A stretch of 64,000 nucleotides of DNA from Marsupella aquatica (Eukaryota; Plantae; Marchantiophyta). The position numbers and the translations under genes were made by a program. The stretch covers positions 15,444,816-15,508,815 of the forward strand of contig OZ316895.1 in the NCBI GenBank assembly GCA_973895155.1. Direction: 5' to 3'. Positions 48,491-62,326 of this stretch are shown piece after piece. The notes under the pieces are model-generated. The model saw nothing but the letters and a program-made list of their open reading frames with translations, ran no database searches and was not told where the DNA came from. Position 1 is the first letter of the stretch. The number at the start of each line of letters is the position of its first letter.

Positions 48491-51400
48491 ATGGATAATG
48501 ACAAGACGGCCACTTCCTCTTCCTTAGGGCCGCGAACTGTTTCGGATAGGGAGCTTCTGATGCAGAGTCATGCGGAAGACGTTGAAGATCCTCTTAAAGC
48601 TGGTCCTCCTCCGGCCTCCGGTTATAATGCTGGCCGTGAGGTAGGCTTTTCCTTCGTGGATTTTACCTCTTCTTGAGCCCCTTGTGGGACAGTCTGTATT
48701 CGATCGGTCCGTAATATGCGACTGGAGGCTTTTTTGGAATTTGTTGGCATAAGACTTCGACTTGCTTAGGTCTTCCTTTGTTCACATGACAAAGGCTGTT
48801 TTTGGGAATTTTACTGGCACAAGACTCCGACTTGCTTAGGTCTCCCCTGTTCACATGGTAAAGGTTGTTAGATTCTCGTTAGGATAGCACAATTGCTTGA
48901 GGAGGGGTCTCCTAGTGTTTTCCGTATCCGTTTCAGGGATGTCGTATGTTGCAAATGATGCTCTGATAGGGATTATCTCGTAAAAAGTGTGAGGAAAGTG
49001 AAACCCCCAGGAACATGGCAATCGCACCCAAAGAGAGGAAAGTTATTCTTTTAGAACGAATACGGTAGGAAATTGATGCTGACAGAATGAATCCCATATC
49101 AATGAGCGAAGGAAAGTCCTGTCGACCTCGGACTTCGTTACTGTATGTCTTTCTTACCATTTTGATTCGCCCTCCCTCGCTTGGCCGGACGGCTCCAGAG
49201 GAATTCGAGCCTTCTTGTGGCACGAAGTACCCAACTCGACTGGCGTCTCGTGGGTCGTGATCTCAGTCTTTGGCAATCCTGTGTCTAGTTTACATCTCAC
49301 TGGGTCGATTCTTTCTTGAAGTGGAAGTCTTAACACCGTAATCGAGTTCACATGATGCACTTTTCAACGGTCTCCATATCCTCAGGAGCTCTGATTCATG
49401 TTCCATGCAGATTTACCTAGCTGTCAATTGTATTCCCTTGAAATCGAACAAGAAAGGAAGCCTATTCTCAGGCTCGCTGAACTACTGGATCGAAAACCGA
49501 AGGCATTTTTTGGACGTGGCAAATTTTGTTTAGTGCTAATTCATCGGAGTTTTTCTTTAGGTCTCCTAATCAAAATTTATTTTTGGAGCAGAATACATGA
49601 ACGGACACTTCCGCGAAAACCTAATTGGTGCCGGCCCGACGAGCCTAGCCTATTTAATTATTCTAATGGATCCTTTGAAGAATCTTGCGTTCAAGATGAT
49701 ATAATTCTTTTTTGTTTTGTTGGTGCAGGCTTTCTACGCCGTTCTTCAGAGCTGGGCATCTAAGAAGTTCATGAGCGGCTGGTACGGCTTCCTGTTTTAC
49801 TCTCCGTTCGTCAACTCTTTACCACTTTATGGTTTAGTAATCCGATGACCGTAACTAAGCAGTTGCTTTAACCAATCTTTAAGACCCGTCGTTTTCAGTG
49901 CGCATTTAAGACATTGGAATTCACTTTGTGTAGCAAGAATGGTCTTAGTACAGAGTCTGGAGTCACCAGTTGAAAGGCGTAGCCAAAGTGGGCAGGAATT
50001 GTTCGTGTTCCTCTAATGAAAAAACGTTTGCCACGAGGGTGAGGCCTGATTGTTTTTTGTATGTTCTCTTTTTCAGTGTAATCCTGTTCCCGATTGCCAT
50101 TACGTTTTACGTCACATGGTGGTTTATAGCGTTCTTTGACGGCTTCTTCAAACCTGTTTACAGATACCTGGGCATCAATGTATTCGGTACGTACTCTAAT
50201 ACGTTTTAGCTACTTTATTTTAAAGACGGTTGAGTTTCAGACTTGTGGAATTGTTAATTCGAATTCTGCTAAGAAACACTTGATTTGCAAGTCGCTTGAG
50301 AAGCCCCTTTCGTCACAAGCAGTACAATAGCAGGAGGTGCAATGTGATCGGCCAGCTGATGAGTTGGACTGGTTCTTTTGGAACGATTGACACGCACCGA
50401 GCACAAGCAATCACTCTTGCCAAGGACTTACTAGATTGAAAGGTGATTAAGCTCGTATCTTGGTGTAAAAGCTGGCAAACAGGAGAGAAAAGCATTTAGA
50501 TGTACTCCAAGAACCTGGAGCCACAGTCGTGAGAATTGGGTAACATAATTCCAAGGAAATAATAAGCACTTACCCTTGATGTAGCTGGAACACCAAAAAT
50601 ATTAGGAGAGTGTGAGCTGACACATACACTTTCACCTCAGTGTCTGAGGACTCCGACACTTTCACTTGGTCCCTGGATGAAAGCCACACTTGTGTACCAG
50701 GGATATGAATTTAGAAAGAGTCCATGGATCGAATTATTGAAGTCTTCTGCTGTGGTGCAGCTTCGTCTGATAGTGCTTTTGTCTGTACAGGTGTTGGTTT
50801 CCTCACGTCGATCATCTTTATCTTAATGGTTGGTGTATTTGTTTCGTCGTGGATGGGTGCATCCGTTCTGTGGATGGGAGAGTGGTTTATTAAGCGAATG
50901 CCCCTTGTTAAGCATATCTACTCTGCGTCGAAGCAGATCAGTGCAGCCATTTCCCCAGGTACTCTTGAAAGCTCACGGCTTTCATGTACTTTACTGTCGT
51001 TTCGCGCAAAAAACTGCACATCAGTGCAACAATCCCGCTTGACCTAATTCAACAATCCCGCTTTGGGTTTAGTCTGTCACAGCACTTTTAAAGTTATGAG
51101 AATTTCTTAGCTATGATTAAATTTTCTGCTTGATTAAATGTATATTTTACTCCTGGCGGTGTTGGAAATTGGTAGCCGTACCAGATATTCCTTTCTATGC
51201 CGATGCGAACCTTACTTCGATGAAGTTTTGCTTGTTATAAAGTGGCTAGACGATAGGTGTTTTGTCCTGGCTGAAATGGGTTGAGGGGTCAAATATCGTT
51301 GGTTCCGGTAATTCTTTAGAATGACGACCGTTGTATTCTAAGTAATGGGACTTTATGTACAGATCAAAATTCTCAAGCTTTTAAAGAGGTGGCAATAATC

Positions 51401-52270
51401 CGACATCCTAGAGTTGGGGAGTACGCCTTTGGTTTCATTACGTCGTCTCTCATCCTACAGGTGAAACATGGGACTCTGGATTTGATGTTAATGAACACAG
51501 CAAGTCTTTAAAGTAGATCTCACCCGGATGGTGTAATATTGCTAGCCATAATTCTGCAATTGCATTCCGAAACTTCTTTTTGGTCAGGACTCTTCTACTG
51601 ACCTTGTCGGTACCCTTTTATCTATCACTCTCGTGGACTCTCATCATTCTTTGATTCCTGCAATTTTGTTGTGGATAGATGGAAACAGGCGACGAGGAAC
51701 TGTGTAGTGTGTATGTGCCCACCAATCATCTGTACATTGGTGATATATTTCTAGTAAATACAAGGGAGATCGTTCGACCGAACCTCTCTGTGCGTGAAGG
51801 AATTGGTAAGTGCTCAAACTGGAACCAGTTCTCCAGGTCGAATAGTGTCGTCAGAGTACTTGCAACAGCTTATGTAAAGACAAAACTCACAACGAGGACA
51901 GTGCTCGGAATGTTTACTAGATTGTTGAGTTTTTTTCCCATGTATTTCAATATAAAGTAGAAGTCCTAGCTCTAGTCATGGCATGTTGAATGGGACATAT
52001 TCGTGTTTAGGATGATCATGATGACATGGTATTATGAAAATACCAGATGAGTTTGGGCTGTTTGTCTCGTTCGATAGAAGATCCATAGAACGGTCCAATT
52101 TATGTTTGCCTACAAGTGTTCCGGTTTCTCCCAGCTAACTGCTTCATCAATCTTTGGGTGCAGAAATTATCGTTTCAGGAGGAATGTCCATGCCTCAGAT
52201 GATTTCTCCCTTAAATATTGGAGACAGGCGGGTAGGCAATGAGAGACCCAGGGTGGTAGCTACTAGATAA
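48491..52270 (+). CDS. COV1-like (LIKE COV, DUF502) membrane protein
   Basis: Exons: 48491-48640, 49729-49781, 50077-50186, 50791-50958, 51363-51460, 51679-51806, 52164-52270; all GT-AG. AFYAVLQSWASKKFMSGCVILFPIAITFYVTWWFI, GEWFIKRMPLVKHIYSASKQISAAISPDQN..AFKEVAIIRHPRVGEYAFGFITS, VYVPTNHLYIGDIFL, RPNLSVREGIEIIVSGGMSMPQ. Confidence 0.95.
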
Positions 52271-55200
52271 CTGTCGTTCATTCAGCACAATTAAATTTGG
52301 ACAGTTTTTGATAATAGTACCTACCCTTAATGCTTGTCATGGTTGCCAGGCATAAAAGAATTAATTAATCTTTCACATGACACCAAATAGGAGTTTTGTT
52401 AGCCTGACGGAGTTTTTGCGGGCCAATGCAAAGCAGAAAGGTTATTACGGTGTAGGTTAGGGCTGGAAAGTTCACCTCCTTGTTTCGTGCACATTGGGGC
52501 TTCTTTTAGTTTGGCGGGTGCTGTACCATAGGGCATCTTCATTCATTGTCTATGTCCAGAATATGATCTGGCTATTGTTGCAGTATAGTGGGATCTAGAC
52601 TAACAGGTTCTTTTACGGGAAAACTGCAAGGAAATTTGTGACAGTAAAGGTTCCTTGTAGTAGAAATGCAATGCAACACCTGTGATATTCTAAAGATTGT
52701 TGGAATTGTTTTTTACATGGAAAGGGAATTAAAGAAGGACCAATTTACGTGCCACTAGTAATGGCTACCTAATGAAAAGCCATAATGCCCCAGTCACGGA
52801 GTTACACGTCATAATTTTTCTGCTTGCCATGTTATGGTCACATTGCTGTGGAATTTGCAGAGTCTTTGTCATGGGCTGTTCTTCGTTTTCTTTGGTGTGG
52901 ATTTGAGCAGCCCATAAGTCACTACTCTTTGTTAGTTGTTGCAATTAGGCCAGGTTTGTATGGGCTTTCGAGTTTATGTTGATACACAATAGGATAAGCT
53001 GCCCGTGGAATTAATGTGCAGAACTTTCTACAGGTTGTTCCCGCAAATGGTCGAGCCTACGACCTCAAGGACGAAACTTCCAGTCACGTGAAGTACACAG
53101 GTAGGCGATCACCTAGAGATCTTGTCCAACTCTGACCAAACAACTTTCCTTTAGGCATTTCTGAGCACTAGTGCGGCAGTGTTGTTTAGGGTGAATTTGC
53201 GGGGAGCAATTCTTGTCATGTAATTGTCGAAATTGCTATCTGCAAAATTATGTAACATGAAACGTAGAGTAGAAGAAGAATTGTACTATAAGACAATGTA
53301 GGAATCTGAAATGCAGGACAGGAATTGTAAATGAGATACTCGTATGCATCTGTGTGTACCACGCTGAGTATGATTGAATGTGAAGGAACTTTTGGCATAG
53401 CCCATTCTGACATTGTGTCTTGAGCAAGCACTCCTTTATAGCTTGAGCAAGCGCTCCTTTATAGCTTTTGCTCTTTGAATGCAGTAGCAGCTTCCGTCAA
53501 TGCCTATTTACCCAGTCCGCGCCGTCATGGATGAAGTCTGAAATGTGTCACTGTACGTTTGGCAGGATTCCTCGAGTAAACTTGTCCCATTTTTTTTTCC
53601 AAAATGTGCAAGTCTTTGGGGAAAATCATCTCCATGGTTGATTGGGTTTTAAACACTGGAGGGTAACATGTATCCGGCTCTGTCTTTAACCTCACATCTA
53701 GTGATCCCAAGGTATTGCAATGAGCCCTTCGTCTCATTGCAGGTACGATAGCATTAGCTTCCTTGAGACCGAACATCTCCCTCCCTTTCTCCTTCTTTAT
53801 CCTCCAAAGGTATGACCTTGATTTGATGACGCAATGAAGGTACTGAAAAACAAGTCTGCAGTTTCCTGGCCCTCTCGAGTTCTCCTGTTCTAACTCTTTT
53901 TTCTGGCTAGGATGTCGATGTAAGTCGTTTGGTTGCTGTCTCTAATGTTGAGGAAAATGTTGGTAAGGTTATGCGAAAGATCAATAAAAGTTTTAGTATA
54001 CTGAAAGTCCGATTCTGAGAAACTCTGGATGGAATTGAATCAGAGCCCGGATCTGCATGCCATCTTTTAAGTGCTTGCCAGCAACTGCATAGATTGGTAT
54101 ATAATGACTTGCTTACGAGATTTGTGAAGTTAAGTCTCATGATAGAATCGACTAGTTCACACTTCACTTTGCTCAAACCATAGTCAAATAAGGCGCCGTC
54201 AACAATTAGCTCTAAGCTGTGTCCCCCGACTGCCGTCTTTCTGCATTGCAACAGAAGTCTTCCTCAATGAACTTCTTCAGTCTTTATTCTACAGTAGATC
54301 TTTGCAAAGCCTGAATGAGTGGCATGAAATTGCCTGAATTCTTCTACACGTTTTAGTGGCACTACCTTGCATAGCTACGCTGTAAGGTTCCTTCCGGTTC
54401 TGAACAGAGTCGCACCTTCAATTTCCAAGATCAGTTGTCCAGTTCAGGCAGACGATTGTGTTCGTCCTAGATCGCGTGAAATACGCATGGTCTAAGAACT
54501 TGCTTGCCATCCGAGCTACGAATCAATGCAGGTGGATTACTCAACTGAAATGGCTCTTAAATTGTGTGTTTGAATTAAAGTTGGAATTTCTTCCGTAGTT
54601 TACGCAGCGTACGTCTGTAGTTAAGAGTGTAGAGAGGATATTTCAACGAAGACCGTGTCGATGGTTTTGTCACCCGAGAGAAGAAGTCTGTACGGTAATA
54701 ACCAGCAAAGTACAGGACGCTTTGCCAGACTGGAAGAGCAATTATTTACTTGGAGTTGGTGGCTACTTGAAATCGGGTTAAATTATTTGGACTTGCAGAA
54801 TTTGTCCAGTAACGGGCCTGACTGTCGTCTGCTGAATTTTAGGCACATTGGACGATTCAAAATCCCCCTAGACGGTGCAAGTCCACATCACACTTCCCTT
54901 CAGAAGAAAGATTTCTCCTCCACAACTTAGGAAGCATCCGAAGAAGAGATTATATTTCATAGTATCGCTTTGGTTTAACTTACATGCTCCAGTCAACAGG
55001 TCCAAATAGAAAGCTTGTTGGCTTGTAGGAGTTTTTCGCAGTCGTCACGAGTCATCGATGTAAGGAGAGATTCAGAGGGATATCTTTTTCCGAATGTGGA
55101 TGTTGTCGAGTTCCATACCCGACATATTCCAGTGACTTTCTTGTTGGCTAAATGGAAGAGGTCATCCTTGTTTGACAAGTGAAGGCGACTGAGGACCTAG

Positions 55201-58155
55201 TAACCTTGGCTGCCTAAGTGAGTCAAAGGACTTATTCAAACTTCCCTTCCTTTTGACATTCATAACGATTCCAATTTGAATCTAGCAAAACATGGTTTGT
55301 TGTTGAGCTCATTCAATGCAATTTTTATCAAGATGAAGTATGTCCTGAGACGTTTAGTGGTTGTGGAATACTCCAGCTTGAAAGCTGTTTATGAAGCTTA
55401 GTTTAGACGTTACTTTATAATCTTCAGTGTCAATTGTGCTGTGTCAACAAATTTCAATGCTTGGATATGATTCATTCTCTGTCATGTAGGTCTGTCCAGG
55501 CACAGCAACAAACCTTGAGGTCCATCTGGGCATCGTTTTTGGACTTGCCTACTTTCTAATTTCTTATGCGTTTTCCACCATATGGGCCAACATCAACAGC
55601 ATCTGACGATCCTTGAGGAATGTTCATTCTGATCATCCATTCCCTTAGTCAACCCCTATGCAAATGGTTAAGAAATGGTGGCACAAATATAGCTGTGGAA
55701 AAAATTGCTAATCCGTAAATATTTGCTTGTGGCCAAAACTTGCATAGGACCAAAACATGTGCCTAATGTTTGGTGGCTTTACTGACAGTAACACAGGAGG
55801 TCAGTGACTAAGTGGCAGCCAAAGAACCATTCATGCACTGTGAAAGCCCATTACAATAATCTTAGATTCTCCTTGTAAGGTTCTGTTAGGGGTCACAGAC
55901 TAAAATCTTTAGTTCCTGGCAAAGGTGACGTTCAACAACTTGGGTCATTGATGCTCCGGTGTCCACACCAAAAATTACTCTAAGTTATATGCGTTGGCAC
56001 CCTTCAAGAATTATCAGTGCCCATTTCACCTGTAAGAGCCCTGCAGATTAAGTTTGCCTCAGATTTCTCAGAGCGCTTTAACTGACTAAAAGCAGGAAAC
56101 AGCAGGTTTGAGACGTCATGTTAGGTGTCTTGAATCTTTGCTTGTTTTGCATTTGCCTCTGTTATGGTAGTCCCTTTTTAGACTACTATAGTGAATTGTT
56201 TCTTCCATGGGGTCCTTTCTTCACTCTCTTCGTGTTTGTATTTTGATTCTGATTAATATTTTTAGTTTAGAAACTGCCCTGGCTGACGGTTTCACTGGGT
56301 AAACCATTGGGTAAAGAATTCTTGAAACTACTAAAACAGAATGTGGGGTAACGTCAAGGTCGTGTTTAATTACTCACTACAAATTTCACAGATTCTGCTC
56401 TTTGATTTGATGTCTCCCCGAATTTGATGTCTGTGAAATTTGATGTCTCCCCGAATTTGCAAGGTGGGCTGGTTCAGTCAACATAGAATTATAAACAGCT
56501 ACACATGAACGTGCAAGATGTTAACTGTTTTGGATTGAACTTCCGTCAGTACTTGTACTTTTGTGCTCTTCTCAGCCTGAACCTAAGTTCGTGCTCGAAG
56601 ACACGAAGTGTTGACGACTTTAGTGCTGCAGTGTCTGAGACCGGACGTTTCGGATCAGTCACCTTGCGTTTGACATGGATTGACCTTCCATGTCAAGTTT
56701 AGGTTCCAGTTGTATGTACAGTAGTCATTCCAATGCCTGCTCATCTACAGCCTGGTCCCACAGAATGACTACTGCACCGTAATTGAATAACCCAAGCATG
56801 ACGTTGGCAGACAAGGAAGTGATGATGATCTATCGTACGCACAATTCAATGTATCACCCCGGAGGTATCACCATGACGTAACTAACATTATCTAACCCGG
56901 CCAATTAGTTCCGAAGTGACATATCTTGTCATCAATTGTGTGCACCTCACTTAAACTTGTACATTTGGATATGACAGGACAGATATACTCAGTTGATTTC
57001 ATGATTTTGAACACAGCAATTTTCATTGTCAATGAAACAAAAGAGTGCCACCAGTTTTTATGAACATATGCAAGCGCCACTCCCACACGTCAGGAGTGCC
57101 GGTTCCAAAGTTTTCTATTGGAAGGACTAGGCATGTTCTCTCAAATCAACGACACCTGGATGCGGCACAAAAAATTAAGAATTCTGAATAAACTTTTCCC
57201 GAAACTTTCAACACATGAATCTTGAGAACTGGTCACCTGATTAAAACTCAAGAATTCTCCGAAGTATCCATATGAGAAAACTGAACGCAACATTTAACCT
57301 GTAGTAAAAAACTGATCCTTTTCCTCGTGATAAAATGCTTTTACTTAAGCGCTCATAAAACTGTATAGGAACAAGCTATGCCCAGTGGTCATCTCAAGAG
57401 CAATGATCTTTGGTCCCACTCTAAAGTTGGGGAATTGAATCCTACTACAGTACATGCGACTTAAGAGCTTCACTCAAATGCCGAACTAAAAATTGTGATT
57501 TCACAGACCTAGTCGTCATGGACATCTACACATTGGGTTCAAAGAAACTATCTAACTCCAACTTCAAAAATATCTACATCTTCGATCCATTTTCTTAGAC
57601 TGAAAACCGAGTCAGGAAGAATGAGGCAAGAATGGGACAGCTTCCGAGTGGGATACCTGATTTTAGTCAACCACATTCTGTTATCGATGACACAGAACGT
57701 GAGTTAGTATTTGGTAGAGATCAATGCACCAGGGGTGTCTACATATTTTCATTCAAGCCTAGCATACATTTCGTGACAATTGATTGTCATTATTGCACAG
57801 TGGTACGCCTACGGCAAGGCAACAATGCACCAAGCTTCGAGACACTGCACCGGCCACCTCACCATACCTCTCGCTCGATCATTCATACGTTGTGTCCGCT
57901 CTCGAAGCCGAGAGATTCAGAGCAACCGAACTAAGCTTTTCGACCAAAATGTCGCTCCTCATTTCGATGTAGATCTGATTTAGGCGCTTGATGATCAATA
58001 GAAACTTTTCGGAGTCGAAGATTTGGGGGAACTCATCCCCGTTGAGATACTGAAGTGTGCGCTCTGTATATTCCATAAATAACTGGATCAACCCGAAGAC
58101 GACACAACATCGATCCAGGGTTTAGCTCTTCCTTGCCTCATGCACCTCTTCCACG

Positions 58156-60012
58156 TCAAATTTTTTTCCCTTGATCTACTAAGAAAAGCAAACGCTGAAA
58201 GTAGTCAGCGTCGCAGAGCAACACAATCTTACCATCTCTTGCCTCCGATTTGGACTCATCATTCACCAGCAGCTTCTGGAAAAGCTGGTGAGCGACGACC
58301 TGAGACGAGATGACGAACTTTTTTCTCTCGCTTCCAACGTATACGGAAAAATGATCGAATGGGATGGATGAAGTTGAAGGACGCCCTGAGATCGACTCAT
58401 GAGGCTCCTCCTTAGTCGGGAAGTCAAGCTTTTGAGGAGGGTCGACCTCTAGAGGTGAGGACCAGGAGATATTAGAGTCGCAGTACCGGTCTTCGTCAGC
58501 TTCAATCTCGGGGACAGTTCGTATGGTCGACGCGTCAAGACTTTCGCTAGGCTGCAGGAACCTCTTGGTCAGACCAGGCCGCACCAATGCATCTGTTGAC
58601 GATCTCCTCGCATTTGGTGAAGAACGCAGCAGGACCCTCGAATCGAATTGACTTTCCAATGCTTCCTCTGTACAGATGCCGCCCAGAAAGGCACTCAATG
58701 ACACGGACGGGGCCAGCAATGCCTTCAGCACCTTCTTAGAATTGCCTGCAGCAGCAGGAGCCATTTCACTTTCACAATAGTTTGAGTATCTCCTGGAGTC
58801 GGAGCCTGCAGAAATTGGATGTCTCTGTGAATAAGATCTTGCACCAGTTGAGAATCTCCGCAATTCAGAGCCTTCACAAGTTGAAGATCGTGGTGAATCA
58901 AGTCTTTCACCGGTTGAGAACCTCCGTGAATCAGACCTTGCAAAAGTTGCACTGTATCCGAGACTGTGTCTCTGCGACTCGCGTCCCATATCGGTTGGAT
59001 GCCTCTGCAAATTATGTCGTTGTGATTCGAATGATCCACCACCAGGTGGGGATCTCCGTGAATCAGAGCTTGCAAGTTGAGTTGTATGTCTTCGTGATTC
59101 AGATCTTCCACGGTCAGTTGAGGATCTGCGTAAATCAGAGCCTGTAGAATTCGAATTTGTCTGTGAAACGGATCGTCCACCTGGAGCCGAGCATTTTCGT
59201 AAATCAGAGCTTGCACAAGTCGAATCTATCTGTGACTCAGAGCATTCAGGAGGTAACTCTGCACAAATTGAATATCTCGGACCTGAATCAGAGCTTCCAA
59301 CAGGCGAGCTTGGACAAGTCAAATATCCTTCCGAATCAGTAGGTGAGCTGGGACAAGTTGAGTATCCTTGCGGCTCAGGGCTTGGACTAGTAGGTGCGCC
59401 TGGACAAGTTGTAACTCTCTCTGAGTCAAGGATTCCAGTATTAGCTGTACGAGAAACGACGCATCTCTCTGTCGTTGTTTCGGTGACAAGTGAACGTACC
59501 CTCGTCGAGAGACATAACAAGGAGACCAGTTTCTGCCGATTCTCCGAAGGGACTTTCGCAGTGGCACGATCCAGCTGCAATCTACTTGTTACAGGTTCTA
59601 CTGGTGTCTTAGAGACACCGTTGGTGGACCTTTTAGTGGTCGGTCTAACTTCTCCAAGGCACATCCTCTTCGAAAGGGGTAACCAGGAACTCACATGCTG
59701 TGGGTTGTCCGGAACCGAGCCTTTCTCAGTGGACCTAGGATCCAGCAATTTACTCGTCACCGCTTTTAGTGATGACTTCATTCCTTCTGCAGTTGGTGTC
59801 TCTGCTGCAGACACATTAGTGCACCCCTCTGTAGTGGGTCTAATCTTCAAACAACGTATCCTTCGCACCACCTTCATGAAACTAATTTCTGCCAGTATCG
59901 CGTGACCTGAGAAACGGGTGACCGGCGGCGCCTTCTTTGGATCATCAGGAGCACCTGTTGCCGTAGTTGAAGCTCGCAACGGAGTTGTCCTCGCTCCCAT
60001 GGAGCGATACAT
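58156..60012 (-). CDS. Very long intronless protein with a C-terminal SAUR (Auxin_inducible) domain and repetitive Ser/Arg/Thr-rich N-terminal region
   Basis: Uninterrupted ~618-aa ORF from ATG 60012. The last ~70 aa, IPFDHFSVYVGSERKKFVISSQVVAHQLFQKLL...DGKIVLLCDADYFQRLL, match the SAUR consensus VPKGHFAVYVGEERRRFVIP..YL.HPLFQ.LL...G.L.IPC....F..LL. Confidence 0.8.
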   Translation of the reverse strand: MYRSMGARTTPLRASTTATGAPDDPKKAPPVTRFSGHAILAEISFMKVVRRIRCLKIRPTTEGCTNVSAAETPTAEGMKSSLKAVTSKLLDPRSTEKGSVPDNPQHVSSWLPLSKRMCLGEVRPTTKRSTNGVSKTPVEPVTSRLQLDRATAKVPSENRQKLVSLLCLSTRVRSLVTETTTERCVVSRTANTGILDSERVTTCPGAPTSPSPEPQGYSTCPSSPTDSEGYLTCPSSPVGSSDSGPRYSICAELPPECSESQIDSTCASSDLRKCSAPGGRSVSQTNSNSTGSDLRRSSTDRGRSESRRHTTQLASSDSRRSPPGGGSFESQRHNLQRHPTDMGRESQRHSLGYSATFARSDSRRFSTGERLDSPRSSTCEGSELRRFSTGARSYSQRHPISAGSDSRRYSNYCESEMAPAAAGNSKKVLKALLAPSVSLSAFLGGICTEEALESQFDSRVLLRSSPNARRSSTDALVRPGLTKRFLQPSESLDASTIRTVPEIEADEDRYCDSNISWSSPLEVDPPQKLDFPTKEEPHESISGRPSTSSIPFDHFSVYVGSERKKFVISSQVVAHQLFQKLLVNDESKSEARDGKIVLLCDADYFQRLLFLVDQGKKI

Positions 60013-60748
60013 GGGCGACCTCAACAATTATATAACATACAGTAAAGACTGGAAATCCAAATAACAGACTCCTGCGAGACTTAGAATGAAACTCGAAAGG
60101 AAAACAATGTGTATCACATATACTGACGTAACATCCCAGCACTATAACACGGGACTGTCCTGCAACGAAAACTTTTACAGTGATCAATCGACACCACTAG
60201 CACTGAAATCTACACAGAACTTGAGAGCTTCAATCTTACAGGAGGCAATCAGTACCGATGTGGCACTTTCCCCTACTAGAATGCACACTGAGAGTGCTCT
60301 AGCTCGGCCAAATGTTTCCAGCACAAGATTCGCAACAGGACCTATCGAAGATCATGTACAGGAGAAACTCGATGGGCTTTGAATTGCTATATTCCACAAC
60401 GTGGGTAGACAGGAAAGAAAGCCTCGTAAGTCGTAACCGAGCGAAAGATCGAAGAAGACTGGACTAAATGAAGACTCGTCGACGATTCATGCCTCTGATT
60501 TAGGAGATAATATTTAGCATTTTGTGGGAGGGAGAGGAACGGAATGTCCGCCAACGTAACGCAAAGCACGGCCGGCAATCCACATGGCACGGTACTTGGC
60601 TTCAGGACATGGGAATCACCATACCAGGGAGAGTGCACCAAAGCTCTCAAATATATGCCAAGCCGTGATTTCAACCGTTGGAGAGGGGACGAATTAAAGT
60701 AGGTAAATATATCACGCTGCCAAATAGCAAATAGCAAATAGCGCCAAA

Positions 60749-61027
60749 GAACAAAAAGGGAAAGCTCAAACATGGATCCACGATTCTTCTAAGATCCCTA
60801 AGGTAAGGTACGTAGGAGATCCAATACAACATGTAACACTGCCAAAACAGAAAGAGCCATACCTTGAGTCAGGATCCCAAAAGGAACAAAAAAGGGAAGG
60901 GCCAAACATGGATATAAGATAGATCCTTCTAAGATCCCAAAGGTAAAGGTAGGAGGTCCTATAAAATATACAACACTGCCAAAAAAAAACAAAAAGTGCT
61001 ATACCTTGAGTCAGGATTCCCAAAACC
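60749..61027. repeat. Diverged tandem duplication (~137 bp x2), related to the insertion at 30495-30686
   Basis: aacaaaaagggaa..caaacatggat...ttctaagatccc.aaggtaa...aacactgccaaaa...ataccttgagtcaggat.cccaaaa occurs twice. Confidence 0.75.
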
Positions 61028-62326
61028 AATGTAGGTGGCAAAACAATGAAGTTTCAAATATCATGCAGGTGAAATGAGCTGGGCCAGCTTGGCCTATGTA
61101 CTGAAACAGAGGTGGAAATTATGAGTGTTTCTTTTTCCTGGCGGGGTCCTGTTTCCAAACCATAGAACACTTTACAACATTGGATCCACCCTTCCAGCTT
61201 TTTTTTAGTTGCGGAAATTTGTCTAATTTCACCTCAATCATTTAAAAGTCTGCCCAAGTACTTTGGTGATAATGAACACCTATTTTTTGTGTTCCATTAG
61301 TCACTTAAGCCACCACTGGCCATATAAAAGAAGAAATGCCTAAGATTTCTTAGTTTTTCACATTACTCTCCTCTATACTCTATAGTGAGACTTTGCTTCA
61401 CAATTTCAAGAAAAAGGTACTACTTATGGTGAAACCTGGTGGATCCAGGTTTTGTTTCGTCATGGACAGTGGCTCACCACCTAGCCACAGCCTACATTAG
61501 CCAGAATCCAATGGTTCTCCTTAAATCTAGGGAGATCTAGGAGTCAGAAGTTATATTCAGAAATTTTATTCCAAATTCCACCTTAGTGACAAGTCTTTGC
61601 CACTTTTGGACATTTGGTGTTCCAACTACTCAGCCAGCTTACGGCCTAGACACAGGCCCCACTAGCTAGAAGACGAGGGTTATCCTTGAATGTAGTGTGA
61701 TTATTAATATAAAATCAGAAAAAGACTCTTTTTAGACTCTTTTCAGAATTTTTTTCACATACACAAGATGACATTTGCCACTCTAGCTAGCAAAAGAAAA
61801 CCTCAAATTTTACCTTGCACCCTTCCCCATACATCTTGTTCCTTATTAGCCTTGCGTTGTGCTGCAATGGGTAGAGTTCCCTCCCATGCACCCACCTACG
61901 TTGTTTTTCTAGCCTTGGAACTGAAAAAGAAATCTATCCATCCTAGACAACTATTATTGGAGTATACAATATTGTAGTGTATAAATATGTGAAATTGATC
62001 CCATAGCAGGAGGGAGAGTAGACCAGTTAACCAAGGGCAGGGGCCAATTTTAGACCAAGGAGATATTCATAACTCGGATCACTACACCACCCTGTGTGTG
62101 CCCACTCGCTCGCCAAGGGAGGACAGAAACGTGGACTCTTGCTTGTAGACTCAAAGGCCCATAGTAAATCTGTTTATGTAGTAATCTCAAATTGAAGATT
62201 GTCAATCAATCATTGAAATCAGGGGTGAAAATCACAATGTAGCCCGTTTGTGTTTTTTAGTCTCCCCACTAGCTCCAGCCAGGCTCCTATTGGGTCTAGA
62301 GCTTACATGGAAACCCAAGTCAGAGT

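Noticed and set aside
53000-58100. Scattered exon-like segments and short ORFs (53907-54251, 54993-55178, 57879-58091)
   Set aside because: No consistent spliced reading frame or known domain could be built; needs RNA-seq or homology search.
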